Source: Candidatus Micrarchaeota archaeon
GTDB taxonomy: Archaea; Micrarchaeota; Micrarchaeia; Norongarragalinales; SBBD01
Reading direction: 5' to 3'
Assembly: GCA_043813365.1 (NCBI GenBank)
Contig: JBDRLB010000072.1
Coordinates: forward strand, 1 to 32,820
Length of the DNA: 32,820 nt
Position numbers and translations under genes: made by a program. Under the pieces are notes generated by a model. The model searched no databases. It was not told where the DNA came from and worked only from the letters and a program-made list of their open reading frames with translations. This document shows positions 17,996 to 27,706 of this stretch, one piece after another. The first letter of the stretch is position 1. Every line of letters begins with the position of its first letter.

Positions 17996-18823
17996 TCATG
18001 CGAATGCGGCCCTGTTCGCAAAAAGGAATTCGTGGACAATTGCGGCATCCTTCCCGAATTTTTTTCGGGCGAAATTTGCGATTTTCTTTTCAGGCGTAAC
18101 TTTGCCTTTGAAATACAATTTCTCCATTATCCTTTTTATCCAGACATCGACGGGAAAAGCCTCAGTGAATCCGAGAGAGAATAGCAATATGCAATCGGCA
18201 ACCTTCTCGCCTATTCCGGGAAGCATGAGGAGCGCTTTTTTCGCGTGAACATAGTCGAATTCCCGCAGCTTTCCGAAATCATACCCTCTTGAAACCGCCT
18301 TGGCCGCCTGAACGAGGTAATATTCCCTGTAGCCTAAGCCGCATTTTGCCAGTATTTCAGGCTCCGCATCGGCAAGCTGCTTCGGCGTAGGGAACAAATG
18401 GAATTTCCGCCCATCATATTCCACTTCGTCCCCCAAATTTTGCGATAGCAACCTGACCATCTTCCTGATGCGCGGCATATTGTTCATTTGGGAGCATATG
18501 AAGCCGATCGTGCATTCCCAGGGATCGAGCTGGCAGATTTTCACCCCGGAATATTTTTCGTATGAGCGGAGGATGCGCTTGTCGGAGAAATATTTTTTGA
18601 CTGCAGGAAGATAATCCGCATAAAAATTAAGGAGATCCCTTGCCAAACGAGCATTATTTTTGTTCGGGAATGTGAACACTTCCAATCCATCCCCGGTTTG
18701 GCGGATTTTAATGACGGATCGCGAATGGATGATGAAGTACCAGCCGTCCGCCTTTTCGTAATTGAAAATCTGGCCGCCTTCAACCGTATCCCTGAGTTCG
18801 AAATTTGGCGTTTTTACAATCAT
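17996..18823 (-). CDS. 8-oxoguanine DNA glycosylase (Ogg1-type, HhH-GPD)
   Basis: GQIF N-domain, FICSQMNN, FPTP, GLGYR and LPGIGEKVADC..FPVDVW motifs. Confidence 0.9.
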   Translation of the reverse strand: MIVKTPNFELRDTVEGGQIFNYEKADGWYFIIHSRSVIKIRQTGDGLEVFTFPNKNNARLARDLLNFYADYLPAVKKYFSDKRILRSYEKYSGVKICQLDPWECTIGFICSQMNNMPRIRKMVRLLSQNLGDEVEYDGRKFHLFPTPKQLADAEPEILAKCGLGYREYYLVQAAKAVSRGYDFGKLREFDYVHAKKALLMLPGIGEKVADCILLFSLGFTEAFPVDVWIKRIMEKLYFKGKVTPEKKIANFARKKFGKDAAIVHEFLFANRAAFA

Positions 18824-18897
18824 GCCCCTCCCCAAAACAAAAATCGGGCGCAAAGTAAATAAGCATTCGGTTTAAGGCCCGGCTCCCATTCCCGCGA

Positions 18898-19608
18898 TTA
18901 TAAGCCGGCCTCCAGCTCGTATAGGTTGATCGCCGTGCCAACAAGCGTCCAGACCGTGAGCTGCCTGTTTCCGAAACGGATTTCCGTTGCGCCGGATTTC
19001 AGGAGGGCGGACCGGTTCTCATCAGCAATCATCCCATGGGGGAAGCACCCAAAAACAAGGAGAATTGGGGAATTCCCCTTTGAGGAAAGTGCCTTCCTTA
19101 AATCTGAGGAAAAATCGGCGAGATTCAGCCCTTTCCCTTTTTCATTGAAGAAGTATATTTTGGGTTGATGGCTTCCGATTGCCTTTTCCAGCGCTTTTCC
19201 GAATGCCACGCCCCTCTCCATTTTTATGAACTGGCTGCTCCCTCCGAAGAGCACCTGCTCCATTATCCCGACAAAGCGGTTGTATACCCTCGGAAGCCGC
19301 GTTTCGGGCAGGATTTCAAGCAGGTTGTTGTCGCATGTATGCACATAAACCTTCCAGATGAGATTTTCCTTGTTCGCAATTGATTCGAGTGCGGTTAGGA
19401 GGGAGAAATGGATGATGTCCGGCCGGCCGCGCTTTCCATGCATAGGCAAAGAACGCATCAGCATGTCGTGCTTGTTGGAATCCAGAAGGATATTATCGGG
19501 CTTCAGGTGCCTCTTTTTCGCCTCCTGCCTGATGATGCCGTTGCCAATGAGCTCCTGCGGCACCAATTCAAGCGCTGTTTCGGCGAATAGCAAAATAATT
19601 TTTCTCAT
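18898..19608 (-). CDS. nep1: rRNA small-subunit pseudouridine methyltransferase Nep1
   Basis: LELVP, LLDSNKH, RGRPDIIH, RLPRVYNRF and GCFPHG motifs. Confidence 0.93.
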   Translation of the reverse strand: MRKIILLFAETALELVPQELIGNGIIRQEAKKRHLKPDNILLDSNKHDMLMRSLPMHGKRGRPDIIHFSLLTALESIANKENLIWKVYVHTCDNNLLEILPETRLPRVYNRFVGIMEQVLFGGSSQFIKMERGVAFGKALEKAIGSHQPKIYFFNEKGKGLNLADFSSDLRKALSSKGNSPILLVFGCFPHGMIADENRSALLKSGATEIRFGNRQLTVWTLVGTAINLYELEAGL

Positions 19609-19639
19609 GGCCCCACCCGATACTTTGGGCAGGATGGTT

Positions 19640-20401
19640 TTAATCGGTTGCGGCAATGGAGGTTTTCCTGGCAATCATTGTTTTCCCGGCGTGCTTGAGG
19701 AGGATGTACGGTGAGAAGTATTTTTTCACAACGGCATTTGCGGGTTTTGAGAATACATCGATGGGCGATCCGTATTGGAGCACTTTTCCATTATGAATGA
19801 GGTAAACCCTGTCCGAAAGATAGAACGCCTCCTCCACATCATGGGTAACGTATAAGGCCGTAATGTTCAGCTTCCTTTGGAGGCGCTTAAGCTCGACCTT
19901 TATCTGCTCCTTCATGACCGCATCAAGCTCCTTCAACGGCTCATCCAAAAGCAGAAGGCGCGGCCTGAATGCGATTGCACGCGCAATTGCAACCCGCTGC
20001 CTTTCCCCGCCGGATAGGGCGGAGATATCCCTTCTTGAAAATTTTGACAAACCCATGATTTTCAATGCGCCTGCAGCAAGTGACGGGTCCATGCCGTGCA
20101 TCCTCAGCCCGAAAGCGACGTTTTCAAAAACATTGAGGTGGGGGAAAAGCAGCTTCTCCTGGAATACCATTCCGAAATTCCTTTTTTCAGGCGGCAGGGA
20201 AGACAAATCCCTTCCCTTTACGGATATTTTCGATCCGTTCCCGGAAAGCAGGCCTGCTATGAGATGGAGCATCGTAGTTTTGCCGCTCCCCGATGGCCCC
20301 AGCAGTGCGATAAACTCGCCTTCCTTCGCCTCGAGAGTTGCAGACACTTTGAATTCGGGGAATTTTTTCCTCAGGACCGCTTCCAGGAACACCATAATCA
20401 C
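19640..20401 (-). CDS. ABC transporter ATP-binding subunit (ThiQ-like)
   Basis: GPSGSGKT, LSGGERQR, LLLDEP and VTHD motifs. Confidence 0.92.
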   Translation of the reverse strand: MIMVFLEAVLRKKFPEFKVSATLEAKEGEFIALLGPSGSGKTTMLHLIAGLLSGNGSKISVKGRDLSSLPPEKRNFGMVFQEKLLFPHLNVFENVAFGLRMHGMDPSLAAGALKIMGLSKFSRRDISALSGGERQRVAIARAIAFRPRLLLLDEPLKELDAVMKEQIKVELKRLQRKLNITALYVTHDVEEAFYLSDRVYLIHNGKVLQYGSPIDVFSKPANAVVKKYFSPYILLKHAGKTMIARKTSIAATD

Positions 20402-21804
20402 GCCCCTCTTGCCTCATGGCTGAAAATATGCAGCCCTTCCATCAGGAATGCGAAAATCATCGCTATGAGGATCAATAATGCGGAATAGAAATACCCCTCG
20501 GCAAACCTATATGAGGAAAAAGCCTGAAGGAGAACCGTCGACATCGTCGGGAAGCCCTGTGAGAGGGAAGTGAGGAAGGCAGTTTCCCCTAGGGAGAACG
20601 CAAACGAGAATGAGAATGCAAGGAGAAGCGGGCGGACCATCAGCGGCAAGTAGATGTGGCGGAAATTCTGCAACCCATCAGCCCCGAGACCGGAGGCAGC
20701 TGCCTCATACTTATCAAGCGAATCTGAGAAAGGGAGGAGGATGGAGGAGACGAGTGCGAATGATAGGATCGCATGCCCTATTGGTAGCAGCCAGAACGTG
20801 TAGGGAAGGAAAAAGTATGAAACTGCAAGCACAGCTGGGGAGATGCCGAATAATAGGAAGGATTGGTGGGAAAATTTCCGTCCAACAAGCAGCCAAAGGA
20901 TTACGCAGAGGATGGCGGAAATTGCCCCCAGGTAAATCGAGTTGAAAATGGGTGAGAGGCTGGAGTCGAAAAGCTTCATATGGCAAAGTGGGGGAAGGAG
21001 GATGAGGCTGAAAATTGCGAGGTAAATAAGCGACAGCGCGTCCGCAATTTTGCTTCCGCTTTCCTTTTTGGGGAAAAGCTCCCACCTGAATCCCGACCAG
21101 AAAGCCGCAAGCGGCAGGAATGCCATAATCTGCAGCAATGCAAGGAATGCGCCCTTCTGGAAATTGAAGTCCCTGAAGAACGTCCTGAAAATTTCCACCT
21201 CTATTGTGGAGTTGGCGATCCCCCCGAATACGAGGGGTATTGAAAAGCTGGTGAATGAGAACGCAAAAACAACTGCGAACGCGGAAGCGATGGGATTCCT
21301 GAGGGAGGGGAGGGTGACGAATAGGAAAGCGCGGAAAGGATCCGCACCGAGGACGCGGCCAACCGGCTCCAGATTCGAAACACGGGCCCACCCGGAAGAG
21401 ATTATTTTCGCTGCTAGGGGGAAATTGTAAAGCATGTGGGCGAGCACGATCCCTTCTATTCCATAAAGCGAAAACGGGAGGTCGAACAAGCCGTTGTTCC
21501 CGAATAGCAGAACCAAGGAAAGGATCATTACTGGTTGGGGAAGCACCAGCGGCACAAGGGAGAGGGAATTCAGCAGTCTTGAGAATGGCGTCTTATGGAG
21601 GAGTGCGTACGAAAGCGGTAAACCCAGCAGGATCGCAAGCGCTGCGCTCAGGGATGCCTGGAAGAGATTGCGCAAAATGAGGTTTGCCGGCAGGGGAAAT
21701 AGCTGCAAATTGAATAGGAGCATTGCTAGGGGGAAAACCATGAAGGCGAGGAAAAATGCCCCCGCGCCTAGCCGGAAAATGCTCCTTCCCATATTCTCAG
21801 CCAT
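20398..21804 (-). CDS. ABC transporter permease (ThiP-like, two fused TM domains)
   Basis: Hydrophobic; two EAA-like loops (RVLGA..VTLP and EAAASGLGA..IYLP); LAHMLYNFP. Confidence 0.88.
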   Translation of the reverse strand: MAENMGRSIFRLGAGAFFLAFMVFPLAMLLFNLQLFPLPANLILRNLFQASLSAALAILLGLPLSYALLHKTPFSRLLNSLSLVPLVLPQPVMILSLVLLFGNNGLFDLPFSLYGIEGIVLAHMLYNFPLAAKIISSGWARVSNLEPVGRVLGADPFRAFLFVTLPSLRNPIASAFAVVFAFSFTSFSIPLVFGGIANSTIEVEIFRTFFRDFNFQKGAFLALLQIMAFLPLAAFWSGFRWELFPKKESGSKIADALSLIYLAIFSLILLPPLCHMKLFDSSLSPIFNSIYLGAISAILCVILWLLVGRKFSHQSFLLFGISPAVLAVSYFFLPYTFWLLPIGHAILSFALVSSILLPFSDSLDKYEAAASGLGADGLQNFRHIYLPLMVRPLLLAFSFSFAFSLGETAFLTSLSQGFPTMSTVLLQAFSSYRFAEGYFYSALLILIAMIFAFLMEGLHIFSHEARGA

Positions 21805-22844
21805 TTTTCATCATCAATCAAGACGGGGTAAATTTTTTCGGGTTCTTCAGCAAGATCGAATGCATCTGGAAGCGGAACATCACTCCTTACGGGGTACATG
21901 TAATTCCCAAGCGGAATTTCCTCCTGTGCATTTTTTGAAATCATGAACTCGATGAACTTTTGGGATAGCTGTTTGTCCGTCGAGCCTTTCACTATCCCCA
22001 CATACTCTACCTGCCGGAACATGTTCGGGAATATCGCTGCTTTGTACTTTGTTGTGTTCTCATTGATCATGTGGTAAGCGGGGGATGTCGAATAGCTGAG
22101 CACAATTGGCGCCTCCCCTGCCAGGAAAAGGTTGTATGCTTCCGACCAGCCGGGCGCAATTGTCAGCAAATTGGGCTTGAGCCGTTGAAGGTAAGCGCCG
22201 GTGCCTTCGCCATATTCGTTCACTACCCAATGGAGGAAAGCCTTTCCTGGGGAGGAGGTCCTTGCATCCTCCAATATGATTTTTTTGGAAAATTCAGGTT
22301 TGGTGAGATCCTCCAGCGATGAGGGTGGATTCGCGATTTTTCCGGAATCATAAACGAATGCCATATACCCCCAATCGAATGGTGTGGAGCGGAAATCATC
22401 CTTCTGGAGTGAAAGCATAATTTCGCCGTAATTTCCGGGTTTGAAGGGCTCCAGCAAATCCTCGGAAATCATTTTTTCCAGGAAAGTATTGTCGAATCCG
22501 AGCGCAATATCCGCTTTTGGGGAATTTTTTTCAAATATCAGCTGGGAGACGAACGCGCCGACATCGCCTTTCGCAACAACCTTCAATTTGCAGCCGCACT
22601 CATTTTCGAATTCGGGGAAAATTTTCGGCCCAAGCCCCCAATCGGCGGTGATGCCGTCATATGTATAAACCACAAGCTCGGGGATTTGCTGCTGCGCAAA
22701 TGGTGCAGAGGGAATTGCATCTGAAGGGGCAATAGTCGCAACAACAAGATTATCCCCGAATGATCCCGAGTACTTGTCCAGCAGGTACGCAAAAAGGAGG
22801 AGTGCTACAATGGCAACGGCTACCTTGAGTATGTCCTTTCCCAT
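21768..22844 (-). CDS. thiB: Thiamine ABC transporter substrate-binding protein
   Basis: VYTYD...WGLGP, FE.ECGC, PFDWGY, RTSSPG, GWSEAY and LSYSTSPAYH motifs, typical of ThiB/TbpA. Confidence 0.88.
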   Translation of the reverse strand: MGKDILKVAVAIVALLLFAYLLDKYSGSFGDNLVVATIAPSDAIPSAPFAQQQIPELVVYTYDGITADWGLGPKIFPEFENECGCKLKVVAKGDVGAFVSQLIFEKNSPKADIALGFDNTFLEKMISEDLLEPFKPGNYGEIMLSLQKDDFRSTPFDWGYMAFVYDSGKIANPPSSLEDLTKPEFSKKIILEDARTSSPGKAFLHWVVNEYGEGTGAYLQRLKPNLLTIAPGWSEAYNLFLAGEAPIVLSYSTSPAYHMINENTTKYKAAIFPNMFRQVEYVGIVKGSTDKQLSQKFIEFMISKNAQEEIPLGNYMYPVRSDVPLPDAFDLAEEPEKIYPVLIDDEKWLRIWEGAFSG

Positions 22845-22910
22845 GCCGGGAATATGGGGAAAAAAGAATTAAAGCAGCTCGGAAATTAATAAAGGGTATT
22901 TATATGCAAT

Positions 22911-23891
22911 TCATTTTTCCATGATGCAATGGACGCGGTTGATGAATATGCGCGCCTTCCGGAGGAAATCGGGTTTGCTGAAATATGCCTTGGAATGATG
23001 CCGGGAGGGAAGGAAATCGTCGTGTATCCAGTCCAAGAGCATCGAATTGTAGGAGAGCCAATACGCGTCGGCTGCCCTCAAGAGAAGGTCCGCCTCGTAT
23101 TTAGGGAAATGGCGCAGATATGCCTTAAGGAATACTTCAGCATCCTCGGGCTTCAATATCATCCTCGAAGTCCAGGATGTCGTAAACGGGGAAAGAACGT
23201 TGCAAATGTCTATCGCAGCAGAGGAATACATCGCCCACCCCCAGTCGATCAAGTAGCATTTTTTCCTTGAAATGAGCAGGTTCTCCTGCGTAAGGTCGTT
23301 GTGCACAAGGCAAAGGTAATCCTTCCTTATTGGATGTTTCCGGAGGTATGCCAGGCCCTCCTCCCGAAGTTCTGCCAATAGCGGCTCAACGGCCTTATCC
23401 GCTTTTTCGCCTTTTTTTGAACTCGCTTTGTTCTCCAAATATGCATGCGTATGGATCATGCGGTAATCCGTAATGGAAGCCTTTCCGCGCGTATGCGAGT
23501 GGAGGAATGCAAGTGTCGAGGCGATCTTCTTCAGGTCCCTCCGGTAATCCGGCATCTTGCCATCGATGAGTTCCTGTATGGTGTACGGGAATATCCTTCC
23601 GGATATCTTTATGCGGCCGAATGCGAAAATGCGGGGGGAAATCCCGAGGCTGCGCACTCGTTCGTAAATCCTTTTCTCATAATCCGCCTGGATGAATACG
23701 GATGGCTTGCTGGCCGGTGCTACGGCATATTTTACGAGGTAAACCTTTCCGCCGTGCTGCGCCCTTATGGCGATGTTCGCGAGCCCTTTCCGGAAGAATT
23801 CCGCTTGCGCTTCCCCCCGAAAAAAAGGCAGCTTTGCAGTCTGCTCGATCAATAGTCTGGGTAGCTTGCCCACATTTTGAAAATTGCCCAT
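22911..23891 (-). CDS. APH/choline-kinase-like phosphotransferase
   Basis: YLVK, E-helix, QELIDG, HNDLTQENLL and LIDWG kinase motifs. Confidence 0.8.
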   Translation of the reverse strand: MGNFQNVGKLPRLLIEQTAKLPFFRGEAQAEFFRKGLANIAIRAQHGGKVYLVKYAVAPASKPSVFIQADYEKRIYERVRSLGISPRIFAFGRIKISGRIFPYTIQELIDGKMPDYRRDLKKIASTLAFLHSHTRGKASITDYRMIHTHAYLENKASSKKGEKADKAVEPLLAELREEGLAYLRKHPIRKDYLCLVHNDLTQENLLISRKKCYLIDWGWAMYSSAAIDICNVLSPFTTSWTSRMILKPEDAEVFLKAYLRHFPKYEADLLLRAADAYWLSYNSMLLDWIHDDFLPSRHHSKAYFSKPDFLRKARIFINRVHCIMEK

Positions 23892-23924
23892 AAGCGTAAA
23901 AGTATCAGAAAAACAAAGCCCCTC

Positions 23925-24491
23925 CTAATGCAGCCTTAGCATTTCACTTCTGGCTTGTTCCACCTGCGCCCGCATCATATCTTGCTTGTGCTTCAGGCTG
24001 CCGACCAATGAACCGGAGTACTTCAGGATCATCAGGTCATCGTAGATCTCGTTCATCACCTTGAAATAATATTCCGCATCGGTTTTGTTGCCCTCGCGGA
24101 GCGAAAGCTGCAGCGCCCTCCTCAGTTCGCCGGAAACATCCGCAAGGCCGGAAAGCCACGGCTGGTACTCTACGCCCAAATCCTCGAAATCCGGGATTTC
24201 CTTGCGCTTGTAGATCGCATCAAGCACTTTTATTTCCACGATTTCCTGGTAGCATTGCTGGGAAATGTGCCTGAATTCGGCATCATGTGCCTTCAGGTCG
24301 GTTACTTTGGCATCGATCTGCTTGATGAGCGCATCGGCTTCTGCAAAATCCTTCGTGTGAATGCTCCGGATTGCCTTCGCGCAATCGCGGATTATCTCGC
24401 GCGACATCCTAAGAACCACATCCTGGTCCTTCTCCCTCCCGTCAAGCATTTTAACAAGCTTCATCACTGCATCGTGCAATTTCGTACCCAT
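23925..24491 (-). CDS. Translin/Trax family protein (archaeal C3PO-like)
   Basis: SREIIRDCAKAIRSIH, QEIVE and GLADVSGELRR motifs, including the acidic catalytic residues. Confidence 0.88.
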   Translation of the reverse strand: MGTKLHDAVMKLVKMLDGREKDQDVVLRMSREIIRDCAKAIRSIHTKDFAEADALIKQIDAKVTDLKAHDAEFRHISQQCYQEIVEIKVLDAIYKRKEIPDFEDLGVEYQPWLSGLADVSGELRRALQLSLREGNKTDAEYYFKVMNEIYDDLMILKYSGSLVGSLKHKQDMMRAQVEQARSEMLRLH

Positions 24492-24641
24492 TTTGATCCC
24501 TCATGTCATGCGGCAGAAGTGATTGAAATCCGGAATGCAAAAGGACTCCCCCAAGCAGCAAAATTCCCCCCTGCCGCAGATTTTTCCTATAAGCGGTATT
24601 ATTAAATAAGGGGAATTAATAACCGTTTTGGAAGTGGGGAC

Positions 24642-25337
24642 ATGGAAAAAATCGTAATTTCGCTGGGAGGTTCGCTGCTGCTCAACGCGGAAGGGAGGCT
24701 GAGCCATGCATTCGTGAACAGGATAGTTGATGCGTTCCATAAAGCGAAGTCGAAGAGAGTGCAGATGGTGCTCGTAACAGGAGGGGGGAGAAAAGCAAGG
24801 GAATATGCAAAAGCAGCAAGGGAAAAAACCGGCAGCGAATTCTTCGCGGACAGAGAGGCGATTGTTGCCACGCGCGAGAATGCGAGGGAGCTTATTAGAA
24901 TGCTGGGGAAGGACGCGCATCCGCACACTATAACTGAATTCGACATGGTTAACGAGGCGCTAAGGGCAGGAAAGATCCCCGTTGCAGGAGGCATGCTGGA
25001 AGGGCTCACCACGGATGCAGTAGCGGTCCTTATCGCGGAAATGGTCAAAGCAAATGCCGTGATCAACCTCGGGGACACTGACGGGGTTTATACGGCCGAT
25101 CCGAAGAAGGACAAGGGAGCGAAGAGGATACCGATCATGAGGCATGCGGACTTGGTCAAATTAGCTATCAAGAGCGACCAACGGAAAGCGGGCACTCATT
25201 TCGTATTCGATTTGGTTGCATCGAAACTGGCCGCAAGGAGCAATATTGAGCTGCGCTTCCTGGATGGAAGGGACCTTGCTAATGTGGAGAAGGCACTGAT
25301 GGGAAGGGATTTCCAGGGGACCATTGTCAGGGATTAG
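24642..25337 (+). CDS. pyrH: Uridylate kinase
   Basis: ISLGGS, VTGGGRKAR, TTDAVA, DGVYTADPKKD and FDLVA motifs. Confidence 0.94.
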   Translation: MEKIVISLGGSLLLNAEGRLSHAFVNRIVDAFHKAKSKRVQMVLVTGGGRKAREYAKAAREKTGSEFFADREAIVATRENARELIRMLGKDAHPHTITEFDMVNEALRAGKIPVAGGMLEGLTTDAVAVLIAEMVKANAVINLGDTDGVYTADPKKDKGAKRIPIMRHADLVKLAIKSDQRKAGTHFVFDLVASKLAARSNIELRFLDGRDLANVEKALMGRDFQGTIVRD

Positions 25338-25774
25338 ATTAGGCAGATCCGCAAAATTGCACTTTTTCCCTCCAAAATGACAGGCCTATTTATGCAGATC
25401 CCCCCGGAAAGCCGGTCACCGAATGAAAAAAGTTGCCTGCCTTCCCGCATAATTGCGATGCCCAATTTCCTACCGCTAATTCCAAAATATTCACTGAAAT
25501 AAGTTAAATTAACGAATGAGAACTCATGGACGGAGCTCGCGGAGAGGACATTATTATGCGCTCCACTTGAATCGCAAAAAGATAACCCCACCCCTTCCTT
25601 GCAAGAATGCAATAGATGGTCTGAAATCAGGAGTGCCTTCTGCTCCGCCAGGATTATTGAAGACTGGGATGCTAGATCGGCCGAAAGCAGGAAGAATGCG
25701 GAGAGCAGGCACACAAATGAAATAGTAGAGAGGAAAACGGATGTTGCTAAATCGGTCGCTAGGAATGATGCCAT
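25334..25774 (-). CDS. Hypothetical membrane-anchored protein
   Basis: N-terminal hydrophobic helix; GAGGTG RBS upstream; fills the gap. Confidence 0.65.
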   Translation of the reverse strand: MASFLATDLATSVFLSTISFVCLLSAFFLLSADLASQSSIILAEQKALLISDHLLHSCKEGVGLSFCDSSGAHNNVLSASSVHEFSFVNLTYFSEYFGISGRKLGIAIMREGRQLFSFGDRLSGGICINRPVILEGKSAILRICLI

Positions 25775-25914
25775 TATTGCCCACCTCCCCCGCGACTAAT
25801 AAGAAATGCGGGGAAAAGGTTTTAATAGCAACGCGACAAGTAATTTAGATAACATTTAAATAGCTCAAACCGCGTATAGTATCACGGCATAACAGCTTAA
25901 AACGGTGATAAAGC

Positions 25915-26724
25915 ATGTACGGAGTATCTGGAAAATCGACTCATCTGGAGAGCTCGATACCCCTGATTCTGATAATCATACTTGCAATCTTCATTGCAGG
26001 CAACTTCGGGCTGGTGAACTTCTCGGACATCCCGATACTGAACCAATTCTTCGGAGGGAAGAATATCAAGGTCACCGTCATTGGGAAGCCGTCCAGCAAC
26101 CTTATTTCTGTTTTAACGAGCAAGGATGCAAGGGACCCGCCCCAAATATTCTATGCTGGTTCCGGCTTGAGGCAGGAGCTTCTTACAGAGGGCACGCTCA
26201 AGCAGTTTGATGTCGTGATCCTCCAGAACATCCCGACCTGTGATCGCAATGCGAGAAGAGTGATTGCGAACTGGGTGAAGGGCGGAGGAAAACTGATCGT
26301 TGTAGGGGATGCATGCGTAAAAGTTGACGGCGACCCGGCGGCATTCGGCTGGGACATTGGCGGCCTTTTGAGTGATGTGATTCCCGCGAAAATAGGCGGA
26401 GTGACTCCTGAAAAGGAACCGATAAGGTACGGCTGCTCAAGCGGGACATTCAGGACAGTTGAATACGGCTCGCCAATAATGGCCGGAATAAAGGATTACC
26501 AGTTCTCCGGAAGGACAATAGAGGTCTATCCCACGAGCAACTCGAAAGTTATCGCAGCAGTTGACTGCTCCGATGCAAGCAAGGGAAACCTTCCCTCGAC
26601 TTATGCAATTCTGGAAAGCTCCGGGATGTTCAGCGGGAAGTCCGTTTACTTCGCATACGACCCCGGCCTGAAACCACAGCTTTTCCTGAACACTCTCAGG
26701 TACCTGAAGGGATTGAAAGGTTAA
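25915..26724 (+). CDS. Membrane-anchored protein with a class I GATase-like domain
   Basis: N-terminal TM helix; LKQFDVVIL and WVKGGGKLIVVG pattern; GGTGA RBS. Confidence 0.7.
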   Translation: MYGVSGKSTHLESSIPLILIIILAIFIAGNFGLVNFSDIPILNQFFGGKNIKVTVIGKPSSNLISVLTSKDARDPPQIFYAGSGLRQELLTEGTLKQFDVVILQNIPTCDRNARRVIANWVKGGGKLIVVGDACVKVDGDPAAFGWDIGGLLSDVIPAKIGGVTPEKEPIRYGCSSGTFRTVEYGSPIMAGIKDYQFSGRTIEVYPTSNSKVIAAVDCSDASKGNLPSTYAILESSGMFSGKSVYFAYDPGLKPQLFLNTLRYLKGLKG

Positions 26725-26752
26725 ATTTTCCCCTTCCTTTTCTTATTTTTTT
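26725..26752 (+). terminator. Pyrimidine/oligo-T tract, archaeal terminator-like
   Basis: TTTTCCCCTTCCTTTTCTTATTTTTT directly after the stop codon. Confidence 0.5.
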
Positions 26753-26784
26753 AGGATCAGCGAAAGCAAGGATTGGAGGCATAC

Positions 26785-27309
26785 ATGCGAAAATGCCAAC
26801 CTCAACACTTAAATTATTATTCCGCTTCCCCATCAATCATTCCGGGGTGTTTTGCAATTATCATCGGGATTGATGCGGGCGCGACTTTCGCGTTCGCTGC
26901 GCTGAATTTCAACGGGGAGCTTATTGCCATCAGGAGCAAGAGGAATGTGAAGAAGGAGGAGATCATCCGGATGCTGGAGCCGCTTGAACCCGTTATTATA
27001 GCGAGCGATACGAACCCGCCCTCCAAACTAGCGAAGGCACTTGCCGCAACCTTCAAATGCCGGCTTTCATTTCCCCTGAAATCACTCACCCAGATTGAGA
27101 AGCAGAGGATGACGAGGGAGCGCAGGTACGGGAACGTGCATGAGAAGGATGCGCTTGCAGCAGCATTGAAAGCGTACCATAAGATAGAAAACAAGATGCG
27201 GCAGGTGGAAAGGCATTTTAGGAGAGGCGGCACTGCGGAACTGGAAAAATCGAGGAAATCAGTTGCAAGCGGGGAGAGAATACGGGATTCCGCCTATTTT
27301 TTCCCATAA
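26785..27309 (+). CDS. DUF460 domain protein (RNase H-like fold), short form; start uncertain
   Basis: IIGIDAG..FAALNFNG, PVIIASDTNP, SL...EK and HEKDALAAA motifs. Confidence 0.8.
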   Translation: MRKCQPQHLNYYSASPSIIPGCFAIIIGIDAGATFAFAALNFNGELIAIRSKRNVKKEEIIRMLEPLEPVIIASDTNPPSKLAKALAATFKCRLSFPLKSLTQIEKQRMTRERRYGNVHEKDALAAALKAYHKIENKMRQVERHFRRGGTAELEKSRKSVASGERIRDSAYFFP

Positions 27310-27704
27310 CGCCGTTGCGCCAGTTTGGTGAGCACCCTGCTTTTTCGCGAAAGCGCTGCCTCGCAAAGCATATTGGATTTCCCGAGTGCCTCCAGAAGCA
27401 GTAACCTATGCTCCGTGACCATAGGGTAATTTTTAGCAAGATAAGACCATTTCTCAAAGATTGCGTCATGAACTGACTCCGCGAGGCTCGGATGCACCCT
27501 CAATTTAGGCAAATTTTTAGAGCTAAGGTCGCGGTCGATAGATTCCTTCAAAAGCCGGGCGATGAACGCGATTTCTGCGGTATTCCTCGAAGAGTTCAGC
27601 CTGTCGACAAGTCCACCGTATTTCTTTTTCGGATTGACCTGATCAGCAATAGTTTTCAACTGGTACTCTTCCTCAGGAAGCAATGTTTCCTCGTAGGGCG
27701 CCAT
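27294..27704 (-). CDS. Orphan hypothetical protein
   Basis: 136 aa. Begins 2 nt after the nop5 stop; basic C-terminus; no family recognised. Confidence 0.6.
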   Translation of the reverse strand: MAPYEETLLPEEEYQLKTIADQVNPKKKYGGLVDRLNSSRNTAEIAFIARLLKESIDRDLSSKNLPKLRVHPSLAESVHDAIFEKWSYLAKNYPMVTEHRLLLLEALGKSNMLCEAALSRKSRVLTKLAQRRYGKK

Positions 27705-27706
27705 CG

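Noticed and set aside
22845..22910. Expected TPP riboswitch upstream of thiB
   Set aside because: The spacer is only 66 nt, AT-rich and lacks the conserved motifs.
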